This document shows positions 9,894 through 20,100 of a DNA stretch of 64,000 nucleotides, one piece after another. The stretch covers positions 13,945 through 77,944 of the forward strand of contig CAZHIA010000002.1 of NCBI GenBank assembly GCA_964532425.1, read 5' to 3'. The first letter of the stretch is position 1; the number at the start of each line of letters is the position of its first letter. Origin of the DNA: an uncultured Candidatus Saccharibacteria bacterium. Its GTDB lineage: Bacteria; Patescibacteriota; Doudnabacteria; UBA920. The notes beneath the pieces were generated by a model, which saw only the letters and a program-made list of their open reading frames with translations, ran no database searches and was not told where the DNA came from. The position numbers were made by a program, and so were the translations under genes.

Positions 9894-9896
9894 ACG

Positions 9897-10499
9897 TTAG
9901 TTGCCCCCAACACAAAGAGTATAATTAGAATTCCAATGCCAACTGGCATTGGCACCAGTATATTTGCCCAAACAATAATTTACTAATGGCCCCAACTCAT
10001 ACCCGCCTGGATAAATGCCGTTAGGATTTGAGAATCTGGAAACATTGGAGTTATCCTCAAAAGCAGAAACCCCAACACCATAATACTGACCATTGCTCGT
10101 GGAAGGATTGTTGTAATAATAGTAACGATTGCTGTCATTGACCGGATCCTTGGGCATCTGGCTCATATATGGCTTGAGGGTATCAGCTAGCCAGCACCAG
10201 CGGTTGCACCAGCCGCATCCAGCCTGGGCAGCCACCACCGCCCCACCGTTAACAACAGGTCCGCCGCACGTGCCCGACCAATCCACGCTGTATGCATCGT
10301 CTGAAAGAGGATAGGTGCCATTATGGTCAGCCGCGTACAATTCCAGAGCCTTCGAGATTTGAGTAATATCCGTTGCACGCTTGGCATCACGGGCTTTCAC
10401 ACGGGCGCTGTTTAAAGCCACCATGACGGTACTCGCAAGTAAACCGATGATGGATATAACCACGAGCAGCTCGATGAGTGTAAAACCCTTTTGGCTCAT
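9897..10499 (-). CDS. Type IV pilin / GspG-like pseudopilin
   Basis: KGFTLIELLVVISIIGLLA prepilin cleavage/methylation motif, ARVKARDAKR, MPKDP. Confidence 0.9.
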   Translation of the reverse strand: MSQKGFTLIELLVVISIIGLLASTVMVALNSARVKARDAKRATDITQISKALELYAADHNGTYPLSDDAYSVDWSGTCGGPVVNGGAVVAAQAGCGWCNRWCWLADTLKPYMSQMPKDPVNDSNRYYYYNNPSTSNGQYYGVGVSAFEDNSNVSRFSNPNGIYPGGYELGPLVNYCLGKYTGANASWHWNSNYTLCVGGN

Positions 10500-10675
10500 A
10501 AAAATTAGCCTGACATTCTATAAGCCATTATACCATGTAAGACAGTAATAACCGCATAATGTATAGAGTTTTTTACACCGGCCAAACAGTATATAGAGAG
10601 CTATAAAGTGGTTAAATATTACCTTGCTTCAAGTTGAAACGTAAGCCTAATTCCTATGTAATCTTGATCGATATA

Positions 10676-11181
10676 GAAAAAACATTCCGTAAAGGGATGT
10701 TCTTTCATATGGAGCGGCTAAGGGGAATTCCGCCTTGCGGCCCTGCAGGGCCGCTTCGTTGTCCAGGACAGGGGTACCCCTAAAATGCCTTCGGCATTTT
10801 TGGGGAATCCCCTGGGCAGCGCTGAAGTGCTATCCGTAGCACTTCAGCGGCGTTCGCTGCATCCCGCTCTGCTGAGCAGGATTAGCTCACTGCTGCCCGT
10901 TCGATTCCCCTTGCGCCGTATCAAAAAAGAAATTGCCCCACCCACAAGGGGTGAGGCACTTTCTTTTGGAGCGGCTAAGGGGAATTCATCGCGCTCGGCT
11001 TCTGCTGAAGCCTCACTTGTCCATGGGTTGCCAAAATGCTGCGCTAGCTCGCATTTTGGGTTGCTCGACTGCTACTTTTGCTGCAGCAAGAGTCTTGTCT
11101 CACTTCAACCCAGTTCGATTCCCCTTAGCCTATAATCTATCCAAAGAAAAATACTCCAGACAAGCTGGAGTATTTTTCTTT
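10676..11181. repeat. Array of tRNA-Gly 3'-end repeats (direct and inverted) with terminator-like hairpins
   Basis: TGGAGCGGCTAAGGGGAAT at 10710 and 10967 (identical to the tRNA end at 11181). Inverted GTTCGATTCCCCTT at 10899 and 11113. Confidence 0.85.
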
Positions 11182-11254
11182 GGAGCGGCTAAGGGGAATC
11201 GAACCCCTATCCTCTCCATGGCAAGGAGAAGTTCTACCATTGAACCATAGCCGC
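11181..11254 (-). tRNA. tRNA-Gly(GCC)
   Basis: rc gcggctatggttcaatggtagaacttctccttGCCatggagaggataggggttcgattccccttagccgctcca. Confidence 0.93.
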
Positions 11255-11319
11255 GTAACGTATAGATATTATACCAAATCTCTAAAATTTTACCAGCCTC
11301 ATTCCATGACCGCACGCTC

Positions 11320-11495
11320 GTTCGTGGCATGCCATGTACCTGATCGAAGCGAATGAAGGTGGCAGTGAACCATTCAGCTTTCGGCCTCAGGTACACTGCA
11401 CTCACCACTCACTTCGTTTAAGTACATAGCATTTCTTAAATCGATTGCTTCGGTATGGTTCGTGGCATGCCATGAACCCGAACGAAGTGAGTGGT
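11320..11495. repeat. tRNA-adjacent REP-like structured repeat
   Basis: GTTCGTGGCATGCCATG at 11320 and 11458. 15-bp inverted repeat at 11404-11418 / 11481-11495. Confidence 0.65.
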
Positions 11496-11498
11496 TCG

Positions 11499-11573
11499 TG
11501 GTGCCGGAGGTCAGAATCGAACTGACGACACGACGCTCTTCAGGCGTCTGCTCTACCACTGAGCTACTCCGGC
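11499..11573 (-). tRNA. tRNA-Phe(GAA)
   Basis: rc gccggagtagctcagtggtagagcagacgcctGAAgagcgtcgtgtcgtcagttcgattctgacctccggcacca. Confidence 0.95.
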
Positions 11574-11723
11574 AAAATAAGATGAAAATTTGAGGGTGCA
11601 ACTCCAATTGCCCTAATGCTTACACTGCGCAGGGCACTACTCTACTGTCACTAAGCGGAAAACACTCGTTTATAATCACTTAAAGGAGAAGGGTCCTTGC
11701 ACTTCGAAGCCTTGGCGAAGAAG

Positions 11724-11972
11724 TGGTGGGCGATACAGGAATTTCACCCCGCACCATTTCTCGTGGTGGGTCCGACAGGATTCGAACCTGTGACCTCCTC
11801 GGTGTAAACGAGGCGCTCTAACCAGCTGAGCTACGAACCCGTTTTACATATAATATCAAGCCCGAAGATATTTCACCAGAAATGGTGCAGGGCGGGCCTG
11901 TGACCTCCTCGGTGTAAACGAGGCGCTCTAACCATCCGCCTCCGCCAACAGGCGGATGGCGGATAACCGCCC
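11724..11972 (-). pseudogene. Disrupted tRNA-Val(TAC), interrupted in the T-loop and D-arm
   Basis: 3' part at 11724-11740, anticodon/D part at 11897-11934 identical to the intact copy, 5' acceptor at 11964-11972. Confidence 0.85.
11764..11840 (-). tRNA. tRNA-Val(TAC)
   Basis: rc gggttcgtagctcagctggttagagcgcctcgttTACaccgaggaggtcacaggttcgaatcctgtcggacccacca. Confidence 0.95.
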
Positions 11973-12105
11973 AGGAGTCACAAAGGTTAGCTCAAGTACT
12001 ATAACAAAAACTGCCTTTCCTTGCAAGAGCCTATCCAGCCAAAATATGGCAAAAAAACCGCAATTGCGCTACACTAAGCGTAAGGTAAATCTTAATTGAA
12101 ACCAA

Positions 12106-12972
12106 ATGATCACCCAAGAGATGCTCAGCTATATCCGGGAGCAGCGCGCTGCCGGCCATAGCGATGAAGAAATCAGACAGCAACTTATAGCCTCCGGCTG
12201 GCAGCAGGCTGACATTGAGGAGGGTTTAAAAGCCCCGACAGGATCTACCGCCAGTTTCTCCGGTTCTGCCTCAGGTCCACTGCCTGGACTAGGAGCCTTG
12301 TTTTCTGAAGCCTGGCGCCTTTATAACCAAAGGTTTTGGCCTTTGATCGGCACCTACCTGGCTCCCATGCTGGTATTCTTTGGGGTCGGACTCCTCGCTG
12401 GCGCAGGTTTTGTCCTCAATAAAGCCACTGGAAATGTAATCAGCGGACCTATCGCGATCGTAATATTACTCATTGCCGTTGTTGCTGCCATTTATATCGG
12501 AGTCTGGGGGCAGGCCGCCATGCTTATAGCCATCCGGGACAGCAGCGAAAATATCCCAGTCAAGGAAGCATACAAGCGAGCACGTCCATTCATTGGCGCA
12601 TATTTTTCCACCTCGCTTCTGGCTGGACTGGCAGTCCTCGGAGGCTTTATCCTCTTCATTATCCCAGGCATCATTTTTGCCTTGTGGTTCTGCTTCGCCA
12701 CCTATGCCGTGGTCACCGATAACGTCTCCAATACTGCAGCATTAAAGTTCAGCAAATCCATAGTTAAAGGGCAGATGGGAGCGATCTTCTGGAGATTCCT
12801 GTTCATTGGCGTTCTCACTATCATTTTCAGCTGGCTCGTTACCGCCGCAGGCACTTCCATTCACAACGAACAGGTCGGGAGTCTACTCAATTCGATTTTC
12901 TCACTGTTCTGGTCTCCGTTGGCTGCGGTCTATGGCTTCCTTCTGTTCCAGCACGCGAAGAGCAGAAAATAA
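12106..12972 (+). CDS. Multi-pass membrane protein with small N-terminal helical domain
   Basis: About 6 TM segments, GFILFIIPGIIFALWF and ALKFSKSIVKG motifs. Confidence 0.75.
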   Translation: MITQEMLSYIREQRAAGHSDEEIRQQLIASGWQQADIEEGLKAPTGSTASFSGSASGPLPGLGALFSEAWRLYNQRFWPLIGTYLAPMLVFFGVGLLAGAGFVLNKATGNVISGPIAIVILLIAVVAAIYIGVWGQAAMLIAIRDSSENIPVKEAYKRARPFIGAYFSTSLLAGLAVLGGFILFIIPGIIFALWFCFATYAVVTDNVSNTAALKFSKSIVKGQMGAIFWRFLFIGVLTIIFSWLVTAAGTSIHNEQVGSLLNSIFSLFWSPLAAVYGFLLFQHAKSRK

Positions 12973-13093
12973 CTCGCTCATTAACAGCCTGGGAAGAAAT
13001 TTCCAGGCTGTTTTTAAATGGCTTAAATAAGCCATTTGTAAGCCAAAAGAAATTTTTTTTCTTTTATATAAGCAATATTTTGGTAAAACTGTC

Positions 13094-13122
13094 TTGAAAA
13101 AGAATCCAAAAAGAGGTATAAT
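13094..13122 (+). promoter_or_regulatory. Sigma70-type promoter preceding a ~190-nt structured leader
   Basis: TTGAAA-17 nt-TATAAT. Confidence 0.65.
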
Positions 13123-13317
13123 TAATACAGAAAGTGCTATTTGGCACTCTTTTTTCATGAGAGGCTCGTAGCAACTTTCTGGTCTGTTAAATAGTATCCT
13201 TGCGTTCCTTAAAAACGAGGATAAAAACTAGCTTTCCTTAAGGTTTTGGCGTCTTCCGCGAAAGCGGGGGGCATAAAACCAGGGGAAGCCAGGGGAGAAA
13301 GGAGTTTTGATTAAATA

Positions 13318-14043
13318 ATGAAAGCTCTTTCACTCCTTCGGTCTGCCATCGATCACGGCACCATTGCTTCTGCAATAGCCTTGGTCTCGCTGGTTTCCGT
13401 GATTTATCCGGAAATCGGTTTAGCTTCTAGCTTACAGACCGGAGAGGAAAATGCTCTAGTTGTTGAAATCAAAGATCCCGCGTCCGTTCTCACACCAAAA
13501 CCTCAAGAAAAACTGGCGGAAATAACCGCCACCACTTCTGATACCAGTCTTACCTACGACCAGGTCATTAATAATGACCCGTTGGTAAACAACCTCCGCG
13601 AATACCTGAATTCCTACGGCTCGCCATTGGCTGTCTATGCCGACCAAATCGTGCAGCAGCCCAATTGGCAGAAAGCCTTGGCCATCAGTTTCGTGGAGAG
13701 CAATATGGGCAAATACTGCGCTGATAATAACTGCAGCGGCATCGGTGTCGCCCCGGGACATCCGTCCTGGCGCAAGTATGACACCAAGCTCGATTGGTTC
13801 AAGGACCTCTGCCAACTGCTCGATAAGCCCATCTACCAAAAGTACAACACTTTTGAAAAGATGAAAGGAGTTTATGTGCAGCCGGGAAGTGCTCAATGGG
13901 TTAATGGCGCAAAGAAAATTTACGCCGAACTCATGACGGTAGAGGAGCAATCCAACCAACAGCGCGTTGCCATGCAGCAACCGCACACGGTCACAATCGC
14001 AGCCGTAGAACAAGAAGCCCAACTTGCGGTTTTGAAGAAATAA
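13318..14043 (+). CDS. Secreted protein with lysozyme-like/glucosaminidase-like domain (putative peptidoglycan hydrolase)
   Basis: Signal-like N-terminus, LREYLNSYGSPL..ALAISFVES..NNCSGI motif, AAAGGAG SD. Confidence 0.6.
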   Translation: MKALSLLRSAIDHGTIASAIALVSLVSVIYPEIGLASSLQTGEENALVVEIKDPASVLTPKPQEKLAEITATTSDTSLTYDQVINNDPLVNNLREYLNSYGSPLAVYADQIVQQPNWQKALAISFVESNMGKYCADNNCSGIGVAPGHPSWRKYDTKLDWFKDLCQLLDKPIYQKYNTFEKMKGVYVQPGSAQWVNGAKKIYAELMTVEEQSNQQRVAMQQPHTVTIAAVEQEAQLAVLKK

Positions 14044-14170
14044 AAAAAATCCCTCCGGTAACCCCGGAGGGATTTTTGTTTTACTAACCTTTGAATTAAC
14101 CTCTGGCTAATCTATCCACGAGAATACAAAATTAAAAATCCCTCTCAATAAGGGATGTGTGTCGAATAAT

Positions 14171-14257
14171 TGGTGCCCAGGGAGGGAATCGAACCCTCAA
14201 TCCCTTGCGGGCGACAGATTTTAAGTCTGTAGCGTATACCAGTTCCGCCACCTGGGC
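14171..14257 (-). tRNA. tRNA-Leu(TAA)
   Basis: rc has acaga-ctTAAaa-tctgt anticodon arm, long variable arm, CCA end. Confidence 0.95.
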
Positions 14258-14324
14258 AATAGAAATCCATCCAGACTTCGCAAAACCTTAGTTGGTGTTA
14301 GCCAGAAGAAGCCTTAGCGAAGCC

Positions 14325-14400
14325 TGGAGGTGCGGGCGGGATTTGCACCCGCGAATGGCGGTTTTGCAGACCGCAGTGTTAGCTACTTCACCACCGCACC
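14325..14400 (-). tRNA. tRNA-Cys(GCA)
   Basis: rc ggtgcggtggtgaagtagctaacactgcggtctGCAaaaccgccattcgcgggtgcaaatcccgcccgcacctcca. Confidence 0.9.
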
Positions 14401-14678
14401 ATAGACAAAAGGTTAGCTTTTATATTTTACTCGGTATCTGCAATTCTGACAACCCCAACCATTATTCACAGCTTCAATGTTTTCTGATTGACAGAACAAG
14501 AACAATCCCTCATACTTACCCCATGAACCAAAAGATCCAATCCAACATTTCCTATTTCTGGCACTACAAGCTTTCTCCGGGAAAGTTGGTTTTGGAAATG
14601 TCCGCATAGTACTCCACTCACATTTCAAAACAGCTTTCTCGGGTCCGAGAAAGCTGTTTTTTATTTATATACCATCAC

Positions 14679-14716
14679 CCCTCCATGGTCCCCATCGGGA
14701 TGGGGACCATGGAGGG
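14679..14716. repeat. 38-bp palindrome, copy 1
   Basis: CCCTCCATGGTCCCCATC-GG-GATGGGGACCATGGAGGG. Confidence 0.9.
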
Positions 14717-14905
14717 AACCATATATTATAGATAAACATTAACCATCCGATCATGTCATTCTCCACCCTGCAAAGCCTAAAGTTTTGGTACCGCTCCTCC
14801 TCAGGCACCTGAAGGCTGTTTTCCATTGTTTGTTGGAAATCATAAAACGCCCTCCAGGTTCGCCTGGAGGGCGTTTTTGTTTCCATCAATTTCAAAGGGG
14901 GAATT

Positions 14906-15685
14906 ATGAATCACGCTCAATACTACGTTCCGCTTCAAAAGAGTCGGGACCTGCTCGCATCACGAAGCGGCCTGCGCCAACAAGTGGAGGACTTCTGGTT
15001 GTCGCGCGGCTGGGGCTTGCCGCCCCAGCAGATCAGTAGGGGACGCAACATTTCCGTGCTTGCCCGACAGCTGGTCACCTTTCGCATGGAGGAAGCTTTG
15101 TTTGTGACAATGAGCAAACAGGCCGGACTCGAACCGGTGCTGGCCGGCTATTCGGCAGACAAGCATAGTTCACAGTCACGACTCAAACAGAGCTACCTGA
15201 GTCCGAAATTCATCGAGGGTCGCAATAAGAACAACGAACTCATTATCCGTCGGGACAAATTAACTGCCAAGAGCTGGCACGGTACTCCGCTCCATTGCAT
15301 CACACTCGACAAGAAAGGCGGTACCAGCCTGGTCGACTACCACCAAAGCATTCTCGACCGGGCCAGTCCGGGAACACTCCGCTGCGATGTCAGCGAATGG
15401 TATACCAATATCCCATGGAACGATCGGTACATAGCCCTCATGTCCTGGTTTATTGCCCACGCCGTGCTTTTCGAGGACTATCACGGAGGGGAATCGGGGC
15501 CCGGACTTTCGGCGCTAACCCGGCAGCGGTTTGAACCGGCCTTTCACCAAGCAACCCGGATGTTCGGTGTTAGCCCAATCATAACCCCGCTTCCATGGTG
15601 GAATGAGTTGTCCTACTACCCCCAAGATGCGGACTGGCAACGCCTTGGTATTATTCCGCAGGAGCTACTGCAAGCGGTCGCGTAG
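14906..15685 (+). CDS. Hypothetical protein (259 aa)
   Basis: Long ORF with AAAGGGGG upstream, no recognisable family motif. Confidence 0.7.
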   Translation: MNHAQYYVPLQKSRDLLASRSGLRQQVEDFWLSRGWGLPPQQISRGRNISVLARQLVTFRMEEALFVTMSKQAGLEPVLAGYSADKHSSQSRLKQSYLSPKFIEGRNKNNELIIRRDKLTAKSWHGTPLHCITLDKKGGTSLVDYHQSILDRASPGTLRCDVSEWYTNIPWNDRYIALMSWFIAHAVLFEDYHGGESGPGLSALTRQRFEPAFHQATRMFGVSPIITPLPWWNELSYYPQDADWQRLGIIPQELLQAVA

Positions 15686-15693
15686 TAAGTCAA

Positions 15694-15733
15694 TCCCTCC
15701 ATGGTCCCCATCCCGATGGGGACCATGGAGGGA
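15694..15733. repeat. 40-bp palindrome, copy 2 (opposite orientation)
   Basis: TCCCTCCATGGTCCCCATC-CC-GATGGGGACCATGGAGGGA. Confidence 0.9.
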
Positions 15734-15759
15734 CACCATTATAAATAATATATCCTCAT

Positions 15760-16719
15760 ATGTTTACAATAGCATCATTCATCAACCAATTGTGCGCCTT
15801 AGGCAGCCGCCAAGGAAAAACAGAAACTTTGGCAAAGAAGCACATCATCAACATTCTCCAAAAAAACTCTGTGCCATTCTTGCTGCAGGAATTTACCACC
15901 CTGATCCCCGACTACAAACATTCACGACTGACAGCAGACAGGAAAACCATTCTGGCAGAACCCTGTTGCTTTACGAGCGGTACCATTACCAACAAAAGCA
16001 ATATAATCAGCTCCCTTATTAGTTCGCAAAAAAATCTTATTGATCCAAATATCAACTTCAATCCAAAATGTGACCTTATATCACGCAGCAATCACTACTT
16101 TGCGCCGGCTTTTGCCATAGCGAGAAGAGATTTGAAAGATATCCTAAATGCAAAACAAGTTACCGGGGTCGTGCGCGTCAAGAAACTCCACCATCGTTCC
16201 GCCAACATCCTTATCGGCAACATCCATAACCCGCGCTCGATTGTTTTTACCCACTATGATTCCCTTGGTCCCGGCGCCTGTGACAATGCTTCGGGGGTGG
16301 CGGCAGTCATAACTGCTATTACGAACCAGCCTCAGCTGCTCGTCACCTCCCTGTTTGTTATTGCAGGAAATGAAGAGATTTCCTTTGATTTCCCAGTCTA
16401 TTGGGGCCATGGTTACCGAATTTTCGAGCAAAAATACAATAACCTGCTTAAGAAAACCAAAAAAATCATTGTCATCGACTCGGTTGGAATAGGGAAAACA
16501 GTCAGAGTGAAGGGAAAAAAGCTGCTTTCATTGGGCTTTCCTCTGGTAGCGATCAAACAATTAGCCCAGAAAACCTCAATGATTACAGGAGATTTTGGTA
16601 AATTAATGGCAGTTTACCACTCGGAAGGCGATATTCCTGAGGTTTTAGACATGAATGAGGTAGATAATGCAGCACAATTCATTATAAAATCCTTGAAATA
16701 CTCAATATCTAAAGGTTAA
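15760..16719 (+). CDS. M28-family zinc peptidase
   Basis: HYDS, GACDNASGVA, NEE, DSVG and YHSEGD metal-binding motifs. Confidence 0.85.
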   Translation: MFTIASFINQLCALGSRQGKTETLAKKHIINILQKNSVPFLLQEFTTLIPDYKHSRLTADRKTILAEPCCFTSGTITNKSNIISSLISSQKNLIDPNINFNPKCDLISRSNHYFAPAFAIARRDLKDILNAKQVTGVVRVKKLHHRSANILIGNIHNPRSIVFTHYDSLGPGACDNASGVAAVITAITNQPQLLVTSLFVIAGNEEISFDFPVYWGHGYRIFEQKYNNLLKKTKKIIVIDSVGIGKTVRVKGKKLLSLGFPLVAIKQLAQKTSMITGDFGKLMAVYHSEGDIPEVLDMNEVDNAAQFIIKSLKYSISKG

Positions 16720-16871
16720 AATGAAAAATCCCTCATAATTCTTTACAAATTAATAAAAATATGCTAAAATATAAGTATAAAAGTATCGGATAGCCAAAAA
16801 GTATTCGGAAATCCCAAAAATATAGGATTTCTGGCTAATTCGAAACAAAAATCAAAATAAAAATTACATAC

Positions 16872-17123
16872 ATGTCCGAGCAGGAACGGCTGACGTTCCT
16901 GGCTTCTAAAGACCTGCTTTCCATTAGTGAAGCAGCCAAGTTGACCCCGTATTCAGGGGAATATTTAAGTCTTTTAGCCAGAAATGGACGATTGCCGGCC
17001 ATTAAGATCGCAAGAAATTGGCTTACTACGCGTAAGGCCGTTTTGTCGTACCTGCAGGAACAACAACAAAAGCACCAGAATATTGTCGAACAACTCAGAC
17101 AGCTGCAGGAGGAGGTTATATGA
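16872..17123 (+). CDS. Small MerR/excisionase-type helix-turn-helix protein
   Basis: [39 protein letters not shown]. Stop overlaps the next ATG (ATGA). Confidence 0.8.
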   Translation: MSEQERLTFLASKDLLSISEAAKLTPYSGEYLSLLARNGRLPAIKIARNWLTTRKAVLSYLQEQQQKHQNIVEQLRQLQEEVI

Positions 17124-20100
17124 AGACCAAATTCCTGTTTGCTTGGATGTGCGGCACGCTGGTTCTCGCCGAACTCTTAGTGTCTTTCAGGGCCGCTCAA
17201 GATCAGCTCGTTACGTTTATTCCCCATGCGGTACACCGGGCGGTGCCGACCATTTTCCAAGATGCATCAAACTTTGTCTCCTTTTCCGAACGGATGGCTG
17301 GAGAAAAAAACCGGTTGTTGGTACAATTAGGATTTACGATTGAAAATGATCTGCAACATACCGGCCTCATAGCCAAATCTTTCCGTAACGATTCGGTTGA
17401 ACCATACCGCGCCATGGCAAATGCCATTCAAACCGGAATTCGGAAGCAAGCAAAAGACATAGAGTATGCTACCAGGTATGGCACGATTACCCTTAAAATG
17501 TGGAAGAGCTTCTTAGCCTGGGAAAACCAAGCAGTGGTAACTGCGGGCAACTGGGCATCATCAGATCTTAGGACTGACATTACGGCGCCATATCAAACCG
17601 GAGCTGTAGCAATCAGGCAAGGGTTATACGAACAGTCCCGGCAGGTTGGTAGGTTCTGGCAGGGAATAGTAGAAAACGCCGGTTCAATCGACATTGCAGT
17701 CAATGGCTTAGGGGAGCAACCGAATTTACCGCAACGGCTTGTTGCTACTAACGTTTTTCATCTCAAAAAACAAACTGAGGCCACAAATTCAACCCCTCAA
17801 CTTTCCCTTAACGCTCAAAACGGAAAAGTCCTTGCAGCCAAAACTTCGACAAACACGAATACTGGCAAACCAGTAGCACAACCTACATACCAGCCGGGCG
17901 ATACCATGGCTATGGTCAACCAGCGATTGGATGAATACACCCAATTCTTAGCTAGCTTTGGGTATGGGGTGAATGGGAATAATGGGTCGAATGGGGTGAA
18001 TACGACCAATCAGGCATCGGGAAATCAAACCACGGTCATCAACAATGTTCCGCTCGTTACCTATGTCCCGTCCAACCAATCGCAGAACTTCTCTGGTGGC
18101 TCCCTGGCCGGCTTTACCCAGCTTGGGGCAGACGGGTTGACCGTTTCCACCGCCAGAATCAACTCCAGTTTAAATCTTTCAGGCCCGGCCACACTCTCAT
18201 CACTGACGGTGAGTGGTTTGTCCTCTCTTGCTACAACTACGGTCACCGGCACCCTGACTGCAGAACATTTTGTCGGCGACGGAAGCGGCCTAACCGGCTT
18301 ACCCAGTGGTTCGCAATGGACCACCAGCGGAAGCGATATTTATTACAACAGCGGGAATGTCAGTATCGGAACAACTACACCGACTGCAAAATTCCAGGTT
18401 GATGGGACCTCTTATCTTGGATCTAATGCATCACAAGTTGCTAGTTATTTATCCGGTTGGGCCACAGCTGAAGCGTTCGTATACGGTCACACTAGCGGTA
18501 CCGATACCAGCTGGTACGAACGAAACGGTTTATATGTAGTAGAAGAAGATCATTCAGTGGATTCAAACACCCCTTATGTATATGGGGCCACCATTCAAGG
18601 AAACGGATATGGAACCGGTGATTATTCGGAAATTGCAGGTTTAAAAGTGTGGGGAACCGTAAACAACTCCACGACAATGTCCAATCAATATAGCAGTTTA
18701 TACGGGATTCAGACTTTTGGTGGAGCATATGACGATTCATCGGTTCAAAACGCTTATGGAGTTTGGTCAACCGGCGTCTACAACGGCAATTCAAATGTGA
18801 ATAACTTGTACGCCATATATTCCAGAAGGGCCGGCTATAGTCCCGGAGGCAAAGTAAATAACAGTTACGGAGTTTATATACAAAATCCAGTAGGGGGTGC
18901 TACTGGTAATAATTATGGATTGTTTTTGGATAACATGTCGGCCGGCACATCGACAAATTTTTCTATATATTCCGCTGGAGGTACCAGTTATTTTGCCGGC
19001 AGCATAGGAGTCGGCACAACTTCTCCTGTCGCGAGTTTGACAATAAAAGGAAGTGGTGGAACAAATCCGTTTGTGATTGCGTCATCGGCCGGGTCGACTT
19101 TATTAGCAGTTACACAGTCCGGCAACGTTGGTATAAACACTTCAACCCCGGCTTTCAAATTGGATGTTAATGGCATAATAAATGCTACTGCCCTGTACGT
19201 GAATGGCTCGCCTTACATTGGCAGCCAGTGGGCCACGAACGGATCGAGTGTCTACTACAATGGCGGCAATGTTGGCATTGGGACGACAACGCCGCAAGCC
19301 AAGCTCGAAGTTGACGCTACCGTAACCCCGACAGGAAGCGAGCTGGTGAGTAACGGTTCGTTCACCGGTGGAACTGCAGGGTGGACGCTTGGGTCCAATG
19401 TCAGTTATGGCACGAATAATGTCGTGAGCACCTACGCTGGCGGTGACCCATCGTTAAGTACGAATTTTAATACGGAAGCTGGTAAAACTTATTTGCTTAC
19501 CTTTACTGTTTCCAATGCCAACGCGAATTCATATTTGTATTTCTACTTGGACAACAACCGGCTTTCTTATAATTCGGGCCAAGTCTCGAATCAGACGTAT
19601 AGCGTGGCTTTTAAAACCGACTTTACCGGAACCGAAACAATACATTTTGACCAATGGAATTACACGAATGGGGAGACGTGGACTTTAGATAATGTATCCA
19701 TTAAGGAAATAAATCCCACAAAACCCTCTCTGCTCGTTAAAAATTATAATGGTGAGACGGTTCTTTCCGCTGGCGGGGATTTATATGGGAATACCGTATT
19801 CGGATCAGCTGCACTGAGCTCAAACACCACCGGTGGTAATAATCTCGCCTTAGGCAATAGAGCATTATTGTCCAATACGTCCGGCTGGGAAAATATAGCG
19901 TTAGGTGCGAATGCTTTATTCGCAAATACAACAGGAACGCATAACATTGCTGTTGGTCCGGCGCTGGCTAGCAACACGACAGGTGATGACAATTATGCGT
20001 TTGGAATCGGTTCCATGGCTAATAACACGAGCGGCAGCGCTAATATTGCCTTGGGACACATGACGCTTAACAGCAATCAAACAGGAAGTTTTAACATAGC

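Noticed and set aside
10676-11254. CRISPR array
   Set aside because: The repeats are tRNA 3' ends, spacers are ~200 bp and structured, and there are no cas genes
10785-11607. Short ORFs across the tRNA cluster
   Set aside because: They overlap tRNAs and palindromic repeats and show no protein-like motifs
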